In this document: piece by piece, positions 30,514 to 38,775 of the stretch
Layout of the letters: every line of letters starts with the position of its first letter
Numbering within the stretch: the first letter of the stretch is position 1
Assembly (NCBI GenBank): GCA_016214745.1
Contig: JACRNW010000006.1
Coordinates: 13,367-77,366, forward strand
DNA from: Candidatus Falkowbacteria bacterium
GTDB lineage: Bacteria; Patescibacteriota; Patescibacteriia; XYB2-FULL-38-15
DNA length: 64,000 nt
Direction of reading: 5' to 3'
Notes under the pieces: model-generated
Databases searched by the model: none
What the model saw: only the letters and a program-made list of their open reading frames with translations
What the model was told of the DNA's origin: nothing
Program-made: the position numbers and the translations under genes

Positions 30514-31020
30514 ATGAAGGTTTTAATGGTTATTGCGCAAAAAGATTTTCGCGACGAGGAGTTTTTTGAGCCGCGTGAAGTTTTTATTAAAAATGGTACG
30601 GAAGTGAAAGTCGCGAGCCAAAAGTTAACGGAAGCCCGCGGCCGATTGGGAGGCACAACCATACCTGACGTGACGATTGGCGAGGCGGAAGCTCAAGATT
30701 TTGCCGCCGTAATTTTTGTCGGTGGGCCGGGCGCGGCGGTTTATCTTAATGATTCGGCGGCGCATAAGTTAGCCAGAGATTTTTATGCCGCCGGTAAAAT
30801 TGTGGCCGCGATTTGTCTTGGTCCGTCCATTTTGGCCAATGCGGGATTGCTTCGCGGAGTGAGAGCGACTTGCACTCCGAGCGAGCAAGAAAATTTGAAG
30901 ATGAGGGGAGCGGAGTATACCGGAGCGCCGGTCGAAGTGGACGGGAAAATAGTGACGGCCTGCGGGCCCGAAGCGTCGAGGGAGTTTGGGAAGAAAATAG
31001 TCGAACTGCTAAAACAATAA
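30514..31020 (+). CDS. DJ-1/PfpI family protein
   Basis: FRDEE, FVGGPG, AAICLGP, IVTACGP. Confidence 0.9.
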   Translation: MKVLMVIAQKDFRDEEFFEPREVFIKNGTEVKVASQKLTEARGRLGGTTIPDVTIGEAEAQDFAAVIFVGGPGAAVYLNDSAAHKLARDFYAAGKIVAAICLGPSILANAGLLRGVRATCTPSEQENLKMRGAEYTGAPVEVDGKIVTACGPEASREFGKKIVELLKQ

Positions 31021-31108
31021 ATCAAAACCAATATCCAATATCAAATATCAAATATCTTTTGGCGGATATTGGCTATTCGCTATTAGATATTAGAATAATT
31101 GTAAACGA

Positions 31109-31867
31109 ATGAATAAACCCACACTCGCTATTGCCAGTATGACTTGTTGCGAGGGTTGTCAGGTGGAGATTTTAAATTTAGGAAAACGACTTCTGGATCT
31201 TTTCCAAGTTTTTGATTTGGGAAATTTTTCCTGGGCCGAGGAAAAAAAGGAGAGGCCGAAATACGACGTGGCGGTGATCGAGGGAACTCCGCTCACGCAT
31301 GAGGATGTAAGATATTTGAAAGAATTGCGGAGAAAATCAAAAATTTTGGTTGCCATCGGAAGCTGTGCGCATTTGGGCGGAGTTCAGGAAATAAAAAATT
31401 ACGCCGAGAAAAATAAAAATGAAAAAGTAAAATACGTTTACCCAAAATATCAGCGGATACAAAATCCAACGGTCGTGCCGCTTTGGAAAGTGGTAAAAGT
31501 TGATTATACCGTGCCGTGCTGTCCGATTGATAAAGATGAATTTTTCCGGGTGATTTCCGATATTGCTTTTGGCCGCGCGCCAAAAATTCCTTTACGTCCA
31601 GTTTGCTTTGAATGCCAGACGAGCGGATACGAGTGTCTTTTGCAAAAAGGTCAGCCGTGTATGGGGCCAATTACGATCGGCGGCTGTAAAGCGATTTGTC
31701 TTCGGAGTAAAAGATTTTGTTATGGCTGCCGCGGGCCGCTTCCCGGAGCCGGGCCGCAGATTAAAAAACACTTGCGAAATATTGAAAAATTAGTTGGGAA
31801 AAAATATCTTCGCGAAATTATGGAAACCTACGGCGCGGAAGATGATTTTTTGCGAATTGAGAAATAA
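31109..31867 (+). CDS. Group 3b hydrogenase delta (small) subunit
   Basis: CCEGC, IEG, GSCAHLGG, PCCP, CFEC, CMGPIT.GC, CYGCRGP. Confidence 0.9.
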   Translation: MNKPTLAIASMTCCEGCQVEILNLGKRLLDLFQVFDLGNFSWAEEKKERPKYDVAVIEGTPLTHEDVRYLKELRRKSKILVAIGSCAHLGGVQEIKNYAEKNKNEKVKYVYPKYQRIQNPTVVPLWKVVKVDYTVPCCPIDKDEFFRVISDIAFGRAPKIPLRPVCFECQTSGYECLLQKGQPCMGPITIGGCKAICLRSKRFCYGCRGPLPGAGPQIKKHLRNIEKLVGKKYLREIMETYGAEDDFLRIEK

Positions 31868-31915
31868 GATATTTTGTTTGATATTTCAACCGGAATCCCG
31901 ACGAAAGTCGGAAAA

Positions 31916-31969
31916 TTGCCCAGCTTTCGCTGGGAGTCCAGAAAAAACGGAATCCCGACGAAAGTCGGG
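31916..31969. repeat. 54-bp double-hairpin repeat, copy 2
   Basis: Matches 7043-7096. Confidence 0.75.
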
Positions 31970-32021
31970 TTTTTGATTTCTCCCCTTAAGGTAAGGGGAG
32001 ATTAAGAGGGGTGAAATGGGG

Positions 32022-32077
32022 TTGACAAACTTGCTAAAATGTGTTATTCTAAATTGTTAGTAAATAGTTCTTTTAAA
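32022..32077 (+). promoter_or_regulatory. Sigma70 promoter plus boxA-like motif for the DGR-like target gene
   Basis: TTGACA-17-TATTCT with TG; AGTTCTTTTAAA at 32066-32077. Confidence 0.55.
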
Positions 32078-32084
32078 GGTAAAA

Positions 32085-32270
32085 CCCCCTCACTCCAACT
32101 CTCTCCCCGAAGGGGAGAGAGAGTTTCCTCGCCCCACTGGGGAGAGGACTAAGGTGAGGGGGCAACAAGTTCCCAGTTTTCTTTTGGCGGTTTTAAATCC
32201 CTCTCTAACTCTCCCTTTAAAAAAGGGAGAGAAATTCCCCCCTTTATCAAGGGGGGATTAAGGGGGATTT
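32085..32270. repeat. Cluster of CTCTCCCC/GGGGAGAG REP-like palindromes
   Basis: Four hairpins in two inverted doublets. Confidence 0.7.
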
Positions 32271-32365
32271 GCGAAGACCCCCAAAAGAAGGCTGGGAATT
32301 TCTCTCGGCCAGAGACAGCAACGTAGTCGCCGCGGGCGACCAGTTGCGAAGAAGGAGAACGAGTC

Positions 32366-32869
32366 ATGAGCGACGAGTTCAGGATGACGACGGGACAGGC
32401 GCATGAGTTGGCGATGGCCTTCGGTCGCAACGGCTGGACCAACGCCGACGTGAAGAAGATGTCTGAGGGCGATCTGCTCGCCCGACTGCTACCGGTCATC
32501 CGGGGGCAGGCCGACGTGAAGAAGCCGGAAATCCCGACCGAGATGACCGTCGGCGGCCGCGTCTACGAGATCCTCTCCTTCCTCCGGGAGGAGGACAACG
32601 GATTCGTCCGCGGCGACGTGATGGTCTCCCGGGCGAAGGAGCTCGGCGCCAACCTCGGCAAGGAGGACTGCGAGTTCCTCCTCACCCACCAGGACGAGAT
32701 TCCGCCCGCGTTGCGGGGCAAAGTCGTCTTCGTCTTCCCGGACTTGCGGCGCCCGGGCGACCGCGAGCACGTCGCGTACCTCCACTGGGACGACGGCGGC
32801 TGGTACCGGCACTGGTACTGGCTCTCGGACGACTGGGACGGCTACGATCGTCTCCTTCGCCGCAAGTAG
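32366..32869 (+). CDS. Putative DGR variable (target) protein, GC-rich islet
   Basis: C-terminal HVAYLHWDDGGWYRHWYWLSDDWDGYDRLL with variable-looking positions encoded by NAC/GGC codons; GAAGGAG SD. Confidence 0.7.
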   Translation: MSDEFRMTTGQAHELAMAFGRNGWTNADVKKMSEGDLLARLLPVIRGQADVKKPEIPTEMTVGGRVYEILSFLREEDNGFVRGDVMVSRAKELGANLGKEDCEFLLTHQDEIPPALRGKVVFVFPDLRRPGDREHVAYLHWDDGGWYRHWYWLSDDWDGYDRLLRRK

Positions 32870-32942
32870 TGTCCTTGGACCCTGGGTAACTCGGCCCTTC
32901 AAACCGGCCTGGTCGCTCGGACCCTCGGACACTTTGTCCCTT

Positions 32943-33002
32943 GGCCCCACTTCAAATCCAATGCTTCACAAAGCAAAGGAAATGAAGCGGGGCCGTTTTT
33001 TT
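32943..33002 (+). terminator. Long hairpin terminator
   Basis: GGCCCCACTTCA...TGAAGCGGGGCC followed by a T tract. Confidence 0.65.
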
Positions 33003-33020
33003 ATTTAAGATTTTAGATTT

Positions 33021-33197
33021 TCTCCCCTTAAGGTAAGGGGAGACTAAGAGGAGTTATGAACGGTGGATTTTAGTGCTACGGTTCATAACGCCCCCGCCCG
33101 CCACGCAAGCCAGCCCCGCCTGCAACGCTATGCTTGCATTAGCGGGCAGGTTGCTGGCGTTGCGGGCAGGCCCAGCCCCTCTTATCTTAAGAGGGGA
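33021..33197. repeat. Nested REP/REPIN composite, copy B (inverted)
   Basis: See copy A at 14904-15078. Confidence 0.85.
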
Positions 33198-33265
33198 GCG
33201 TTATACTGATTTTTTTATTTATCTTTTTATGATATAATGAATAAAATTAGTGAAGAGAATAAATT

Positions 33266-34558
33266 ATGAAAATAAAAATAAGCCACCTCGCCAAAATTGA
33301 AGGGCATGCCAGTTTTTTTGCCGATATGCTCGCCGGCGATATCAAAAACGCCAAATTGAAAATTACGATTGGCGCGCGTTTGATTGAATCAATAATTTTA
33401 AACCGCAATTATATTGAAACGCCGATTGTGACCTCGCGCATTTGTGGCATATGTTCGGTGGCGCACAATATCACAAGCATTAAAGCGATTGAAAACGCAT
33501 TAAAAATAAAAATAAATCCTCAAATTGAACGGCTCCGAAAAGTTTTGGTTTTGGCCGAGCCGATCCAAAGCCACGCGGCGCATCTTTTCTTTTTATCTTT
33601 ATCCGATTTTTTCAAATATGAAAGCGACATTGATTTGATGAAAAAATATCCCGACCTCGCCAAAAAAATTATTTTGATTCGCGATTTTGGAAATAAAATT
33701 AAAGATGTGGTCGGCGGAAGAGATATGCACATGATCGTGACGGAAATCGGCGGGTTTAGAAGAGTGCTTGATGATAAAATAATTCAAAAATTAATTGATG
33801 AAACTGAAGGCGTGCTAGAAGCCGCGATTGGCGTGGCGAAATTTTTTCGGGCGCTTGATTATCCGAAATATGAACGGAAAGTGGAATTTGCGGGACTCAC
33901 CGCGCCGCGCGAGTATGCTTTTTATGACGGCGTAATTGGATCAACTATGGAGTCGGCACGTCCCGTGAAAAAATTCTATAAAGAACTTGTGGAAAAGCAA
34001 ACTGCGGACGATCCGACCAAGCGCGCGCGGCACGAGGGCAAAAGTTTTATGGTCGGCGCGATTGCGCGGTTAAATTTGAGCCACAAATTTTTAAATCCCG
34101 AAGCGAAAAAGTTTTTGACTTTTTTTGACAAATCCCTCTCCAACTCTCCCTTTGGAAAAGGGAGAGGGTCTGTTCTCACGTTTAACACTTTTCACAATAT
34201 TTACGCCCAGTCTGTGGAGCTCGTTCATTGCGTTGAAGAGGCGCAAAAACTGCTCAAAGAATATTTGCGCGATAAATCAAGAAATTTGATGGTAAAATAT
34301 ACTTTAAAAAACGGCGAAGGACTTGGAGCGACCGAGGCGCCGCGCGGCACGCTTTATCATTATTATAAAATTGATAAATATGGTGTGATTCGCGCTTGTA
34401 ATATTATTACTCCGACGGCGCAATTTTTGGATAATTTGGAAAATGATTTGGAAAAATATTTGAATGAGGCAAAAATCAAAGATGAGAAGGATAGAAAATG
34501 GAAAATAAATATGATGGTGCGCGCGTACGATCCTTGTATGACATGTGCTACACACTAA
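33266..34558 (+). CDS. Group 3b [NiFe]-hydrogenase alpha (large) subunit
   Basis: KIEGH, L1 SRICGICSVAH, EAPRG, ITPTAQ, L2 YDPCMTCATH-stop. Confidence 0.93.
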   Translation: MKIKISHLAKIEGHASFFADMLAGDIKNAKLKITIGARLIESIILNRNYIETPIVTSRICGICSVAHNITSIKAIENALKIKINPQIERLRKVLVLAEPIQSHAAHLFFLSLSDFFKYESDIDLMKKYPDLAKKIILIRDFGNKIKDVVGGRDMHMIVTEIGGFRRVLDDKIIQKLIDETEGVLEAAIGVAKFFRALDYPKYERKVEFAGLTAPREYAFYDGVIGSTMESARPVKKFYKELVEKQTADDPTKRARHEGKSFMVGAIARLNLSHKFLNPEAKKFLTFFDKSLSNSPFGKGRGSVLTFNTFHNIYAQSVELVHCVEEAQKLLKEYLRDKSRNLMVKYTLKNGEGLGATEAPRGTLYHYYKIDKYGVIRACNIITPTAQFLDNLENDLEKYLNEAKIKDEKDRKWKINMMVRAYDPCMTCATH

Positions 34559-34655
34559 AGTTAAAAGTTAAAAATTAAAAGTGCAAAGTTACAGTTTAAA
34601 GTTTAAAGGTTTTTTCAATAACTTTTAACTTTTCACTTTACACTTCTAACTTGTT

Positions 34656-34913
34656 ATGCATGACCTTCACGAAGCAGACAGAATTTTAAAATTAGTTTTG
34701 GATCACGCCGAGCGCCATAAGTTGAAGTCGGTGACAAAAGTCGTTATCGGACTTGGCAGCGTGATTGAGCATGGTTCGGAAATAAATCCGGAAAATTTAA
34801 AATTTAATATTGGCGTGCTGGCGCGTCAAACTATGGCGGAAAACGCGGAAGTGGTGGTTAAAAAAATAAAAGCCGATACTTGGGAACTTGAAGAAATAGA
34901 GGGGGATAAATAA
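34656..34913 (+). CDS. hypA: HypA-like nickel chaperone lacking the zinc finger
   Basis: MHDLH start, VTKVVIGLG, PENLKF, ELEEIEG; no Cys residues. Confidence 0.75.
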   Translation: MHDLHEADRILKLVLDHAERHKLKSVTKVVIGLGSVIEHGSEINPENLKFNIGVLARQTMAENAEVVVKKIKADTWELEEIEGDK

Positions 34914-34917
34914 ATAT

Positions 34918-35026
34918 CTACAAATTACGAATTCGGTACAAATGTACAAATTTTTTCTAACACGTTAATTTAAAAAAACGTAATTTGTCGTTATTTGTAT
35001 ATTTGTAAATAATTTGTAATTTGTAG
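34918..35026. mobile_element. 109-bp TACAAAT-arm MITE-like element, copy 3
   Basis: Reverse orientation; core CTAACACGTTAATTT. Confidence 0.7.
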
Positions 35027-35032
35027 TAGCAT

Positions 35033-36253
35033 ATGAAATTAAAAACCATAGATGAAATTAAAAATTTAAAAGGCAAGAAAGTTTTAGTCAGAGTTGATTT
35101 TAATGTTCCGCTAAAAAAATCCGGAGCGAAAATTGTCGTGGCCGAGGATACGAGAATTAGAGCAGCTCTGCCCACGATTAAATATCTCCTAGAACACGGC
35201 GCGAAAGTTATTTTGATGAGCCATCTGGGCGATCCGGGCGGAAAAGTTAAAGCGTCGCTCGGTTTAAAACCGGTTGGCGCGACTCTCGCGAAAATTTTAG
35301 CCATGAAAGGCGCGGCGCCGACAGATTGGGTCGGCAAAAAGGGCTTGGGAAAAATTGACGCAATGCGAAACGGCGAGATAATGCTTTTGGAAAATTTGCG
35401 TTTTCATCCGGGTGAAGAAAAAAATGACGTAAAATTTGCCGCGGGACTTGCAAGTTTGGCGGATATTTATGTGAATGATGCTTTTGCCGCCGCTCATCGG
35501 GCGCACGCTTCAATTACCGGCGTGCCAAAATTTTTGCCAAGTTTCGCCGGGCTATTAATGGAAAAAGAAATCAATGTTTTAGGCGGACTGCTCTCAAAAC
35601 CAAAAAGGCCATTTGTGGCTTTAATCGGCGGGGCAAAAATTTCCACGAAAATAAGAGTGGTAGAAAATTTGCTTAAAAAAGTTAATTTTCTTTTACTCGG
35701 CGGAGCCTTGGTAAATAATTTTTTCGCCGCGGCCGGTTATGGCATCGGCGCTTCAGTTTTTGAAAAAAAAGAATTAAAGACAGCAAAGAAATTTTTAAAA
35801 AATAAAAAAATAGTTTTGCCGGTTGATTTTGTGGTCGGCGATTTTAAAGGTAAAAAGGCCTGGGTCGCGCCAGTGGCGCCAAGGCGCAGTGTGCTTTGTA
35901 AGAAGCCATATGCACTTCTAGATATCGGGCCCGAGACAATAAAAAAATATTCCGGAATTGTCAGAAAATCACAAACTATTGTTTGGAACGGTCCGATGGG
36001 ATATTTTGAAATTAAAAAATACAGCCACGGAACAGTCGCGCTGGGCCAGTTAATCGCCGCCAGGTCAAAAGGAAAAGTTTTTGGCGTGGCCGGCGGGGGA
36101 GAGACAATTGAAGCGCTCGGGAAAACGGGCATGGCGGAATACATTGATCATATTTCTACCGGCGGCGGAGCGATGCTTGAATTTTTGGAAGGGAAAATGC
36201 TGCCGGGGATTAAACCATTATTAAAAAATAGTAATAATTACCTAATTACCTAA
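35033..36253 (+). CDS. pgk: Phosphoglycerate kinase
   Basis: RVDFNVP, SHLG, LLENLRF, WNGPMG, HISTGGGA. Confidence 0.97.
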   Translation: MKLKTIDEIKNLKGKKVLVRVDFNVPLKKSGAKIVVAEDTRIRAALPTIKYLLEHGAKVILMSHLGDPGGKVKASLGLKPVGATLAKILAMKGAAPTDWVGKKGLGKIDAMRNGEIMLLENLRFHPGEEKNDVKFAAGLASLADIYVNDAFAAAHRAHASITGVPKFLPSFAGLLMEKEINVLGGLLSKPKRPFVALIGGAKISTKIRVVENLLKKVNFLLLGGALVNNFFAAAGYGIGASVFEKKELKTAKKFLKNKKIVLPVDFVVGDFKGKKAWVAPVAPRRSVLCKKPYALLDIGPETIKKYSGIVRKSQTIVWNGPMGYFEIKKYSHGTVALGQLIAARSKGKVFGVAGGGETIEALGKTGMAEYIDHISTGGGAMLEFLEGKMLPGIKPLLKNSNNYLIT

Positions 36254-36341
36254 TTACCTAATTACCAAACCATCAAAATATAAATTTAGATTGAAGAATG
36301 GGGTAACTAAGTAATTGATAGTAATTAAGTAATAAAAATCT

Positions 36342-37118
36342 ATGGAAAACTGTTGTTGGCCATCGTGGAAAAATAATAAACTTTTTACCATCCTCATTGT
36401 GTTGGTAATGATTGGACTTTTTGGACTTTTAGCCACAATCGTTACAAACAATTTGAAGAGTTATAGATATATCGGAAAGCCGACGGCCGAGCGGGATACG
36501 ATTGCGATCTCCGGCGAAGGTAAAGTGACGGCCATCCCCGACATTGCTACGATTGATGTGGGTTTAATGACGGAAAAATCAGACGTGAAAAGCGCTCAGC
36601 TTGAAAATACGACAAAGATGAACAGGCTCATTGCGAATTTAAAAAATTTAGGCGTTGAAAGTAAAGATATTCAGACAAGTTATTATAATATTTATCCGCA
36701 GTACGATTGGCCGAATGGCAAGCAGGTTTTGCGCGGTTATCAAGTTAGCCAGGGCGTGACCGTTAAAATCAGAAATCTTGATAAAATCGGCGATATTTTG
36801 GCGGCGGCCGGAGAAGGCGGAGCAAACCAGGTGAGCGGATTATCTTTTAACATTGACGATCCTGAAGCTTTAAGACAAGAAGCAAGGGTTAAGGCGTTAG
36901 AGAATGCCAAGACAAAAGCTGAGGCGTTGGCAAAAGTGGCCGGCGTTGGGCTCGGCAAGATAGTTTCTTTCAGTGAATACGCGAGTACGCCGTACTCCGC
37001 ATATAAATCCATGGAAGCATTGGGTTTGGGCGGCGGCGGAGCAGCTCCTTCGCCCACAGTTGAAGCCGGGAGTATGGACATTGTGATAGACGTGACTGTT
37101 AGTTACGAAATAAAATAA
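36342..37118 (+). CDS. SIMPL (DUF541) domain protein
   Basis: ISGEGKVTAIPD, DIQTS, GANQVSGLSF. Confidence 0.88.
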   Translation: MENCCWPSWKNNKLFTILIVLVMIGLFGLLATIVTNNLKSYRYIGKPTAERDTIAISGEGKVTAIPDIATIDVGLMTEKSDVKSAQLENTTKMNRLIANLKNLGVESKDIQTSYYNIYPQYDWPNGKQVLRGYQVSQGVTVKIRNLDKIGDILAAAGEGGANQVSGLSFNIDDPEALRQEARVKALENAKTKAEALAKVAGVGLGKIVSFSEYASTPYSAYKSMEALGLGGGGAAPSPTVEAGSMDIVIDVTVSYEIK

Positions 37119-37193
37119 GTTAGTTAGTTGTTGATAATAAATACAAAAAGTATAAAGTAGCAATATCTTTAGTTACTTTATGCTTTTAGTTTT

Positions 37194-38756
37194 ATGGCTA
37201 AAAATCATAAAAAACCGACAGTTCTCATCATCTTGGACGGTTGGGGCGTTGCGCCGCCGGGGCCGGGTAATGCCATTACTTTAGCTAAAACGCCAACTAT
37301 GTCCGCGCTTTGGAATGAATTTCCTCATACTTTGCTTTCCGCGCACGGCCGAGCCGTTGGTTTGCCGGGAGATCAGGAAGGAAATTCCGAGGCGGGCCAC
37401 ATGAATTTGTCAGCCGGATGGATTGTTAAGCAAGATGCCGTTTATATAAATGAGGGCATTAAAGATGGAACGTTTTTTAAAAACACGGCTTTTCTTGAAG
37501 CCCTGGAGCACTTAAAAAAATATAATTCAAAAGTTCACCTGATGGGTCTGCTTTCAAACGGCGAGAGCGCTCATTCCTTTCCCGACCATCTTTACGCCGT
37601 GCTGGATCTCCTGCATAAACACGAAGTAAATAAAATTTTTTTGCATTTATTTACTGATGGCAGAGACTCTTCCCGTTTTGCCGCGATTAAATTATTGCCG
37701 AAATTAAAAACCCATTTTCATAATGATGAAAAAATAGCGACTATTATGGGGCGGTTCTACGCCATGGATCGCATAAAAAAATGGTCAAGAATTGAAGCGG
37801 CTTACAACGCGATGACCATGGGCCATGGAGCGGCGGCCGAATCCGCCGAAGCAGCAATTTCTTCCGCTTACAATCGCGGTGAAACAGATGAATTTATTAT
37901 GCCGACCGTGATTGTTAATGACCACAAGCCATTAGCGACGATTGATGATAATGATGTGATAATTTTTTTCAATTTGCGATCTGACCGGGCTAGAGAAATT
38001 ACCAAGACATTTGTGCAAGAAGATTTCACGGAAAAAAATCCAGGTTCGTTTAAAAGAAAAAAAATTGCTAAAAATATCAGGTTCGTGGCCTTGACTGATT
38101 TCGGCCCGGATTTGCCGCACATTTTAACCGCTTATCCTTCCCGTGAAATTTTCTCCGCTCTGCCGGCGGTTTTTCGCGATAAAAAACAAATTTATATCGC
38201 CGAGGCGGAAAAATACGCCCACGTTACGTATTTTTTTAACGGAGGCAACGCTGACCCGCTTTACGGAGAAGAAAGAGTGAGAATTCCATCGCCGTCGGTG
38301 GCGCACTACGAAGAAAAGCCGGAAATGAGTGCGGAAAAAGTTACCGCAGAAGTTAGGCGCTGCATTGACGGCGGGCAATATGATTTTATTGCCGTCAATT
38401 TTTGTAATCCCGATATGATTGGTCATACGGGAGATTTGTCGGCTGGAATTAAAGCAGTAGAAGCGGTTGACGCATGTATCGGGAAAATTGTTAGAGGAGT
38501 ATTTAGGATGGATGGAACGGCGATCGTGACGGCTGATCATGGAAATATTGAGGAAATGATAAATGAAAAAAGCGGAGAAATTGACACTGAACATTCAATA
38601 AATCCGGTGCCGCTCATTATTATCGGACCGCGGTTTAAAAATTTAAAACGGAAAAAATTGCGAGGGGGAGTGCTCGCCGATGTGGCTCCGACCATTCTTG
38701 ATGTGATGGGAATCACGACACCGAGGGAAATGACGAGAAAAAGCCTACTTTCATAA
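37194..38756 (+). CDS. gpmI: 2,3-BPG-independent phosphoglycerate mutase (paralog 1)
   Basis: ILDGWG, GNSEAGH, DGRD, DMIGHTG, TADHGN. Confidence 0.93.
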   Translation: MAKNHKKPTVLIILDGWGVAPPGPGNAITLAKTPTMSALWNEFPHTLLSAHGRAVGLPGDQEGNSEAGHMNLSAGWIVKQDAVYINEGIKDGTFFKNTAFLEALEHLKKYNSKVHLMGLLSNGESAHSFPDHLYAVLDLLHKHEVNKIFLHLFTDGRDSSRFAAIKLLPKLKTHFHNDEKIATIMGRFYAMDRIKKWSRIEAAYNAMTMGHGAAAESAEAAISSAYNRGETDEFIMPTVIVNDHKPLATIDDNDVIIFFNLRSDRAREITKTFVQEDFTEKNPGSFKRKKIAKNIRFVALTDFGPDLPHILTAYPSREIFSALPAVFRDKKQIYIAEAEKYAHVTYFFNGGNADPLYGEERVRIPSPSVAHYEEKPEMSAEKVTAEVRRCIDGGQYDFIAVNFCNPDMIGHTGDLSAGIKAVEAVDACIGKIVRGVFRMDGTAIVTADHGNIEEMINEKSGEIDTEHSINPVPLIIIGPRFKNLKRKKLRGGVLADVAPTILDVMGITTPREMTRKSLLS

Positions 38757-38775
38757 ATTAATTTAATATTGTATT

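Noticed and set aside
32149-32499. 116-aa minus-strand ORF with IPLNPPLIKGG-type peptides
   Set aside because: It is a translation of REP palindromes plus the antisense of the DGR-like gene.
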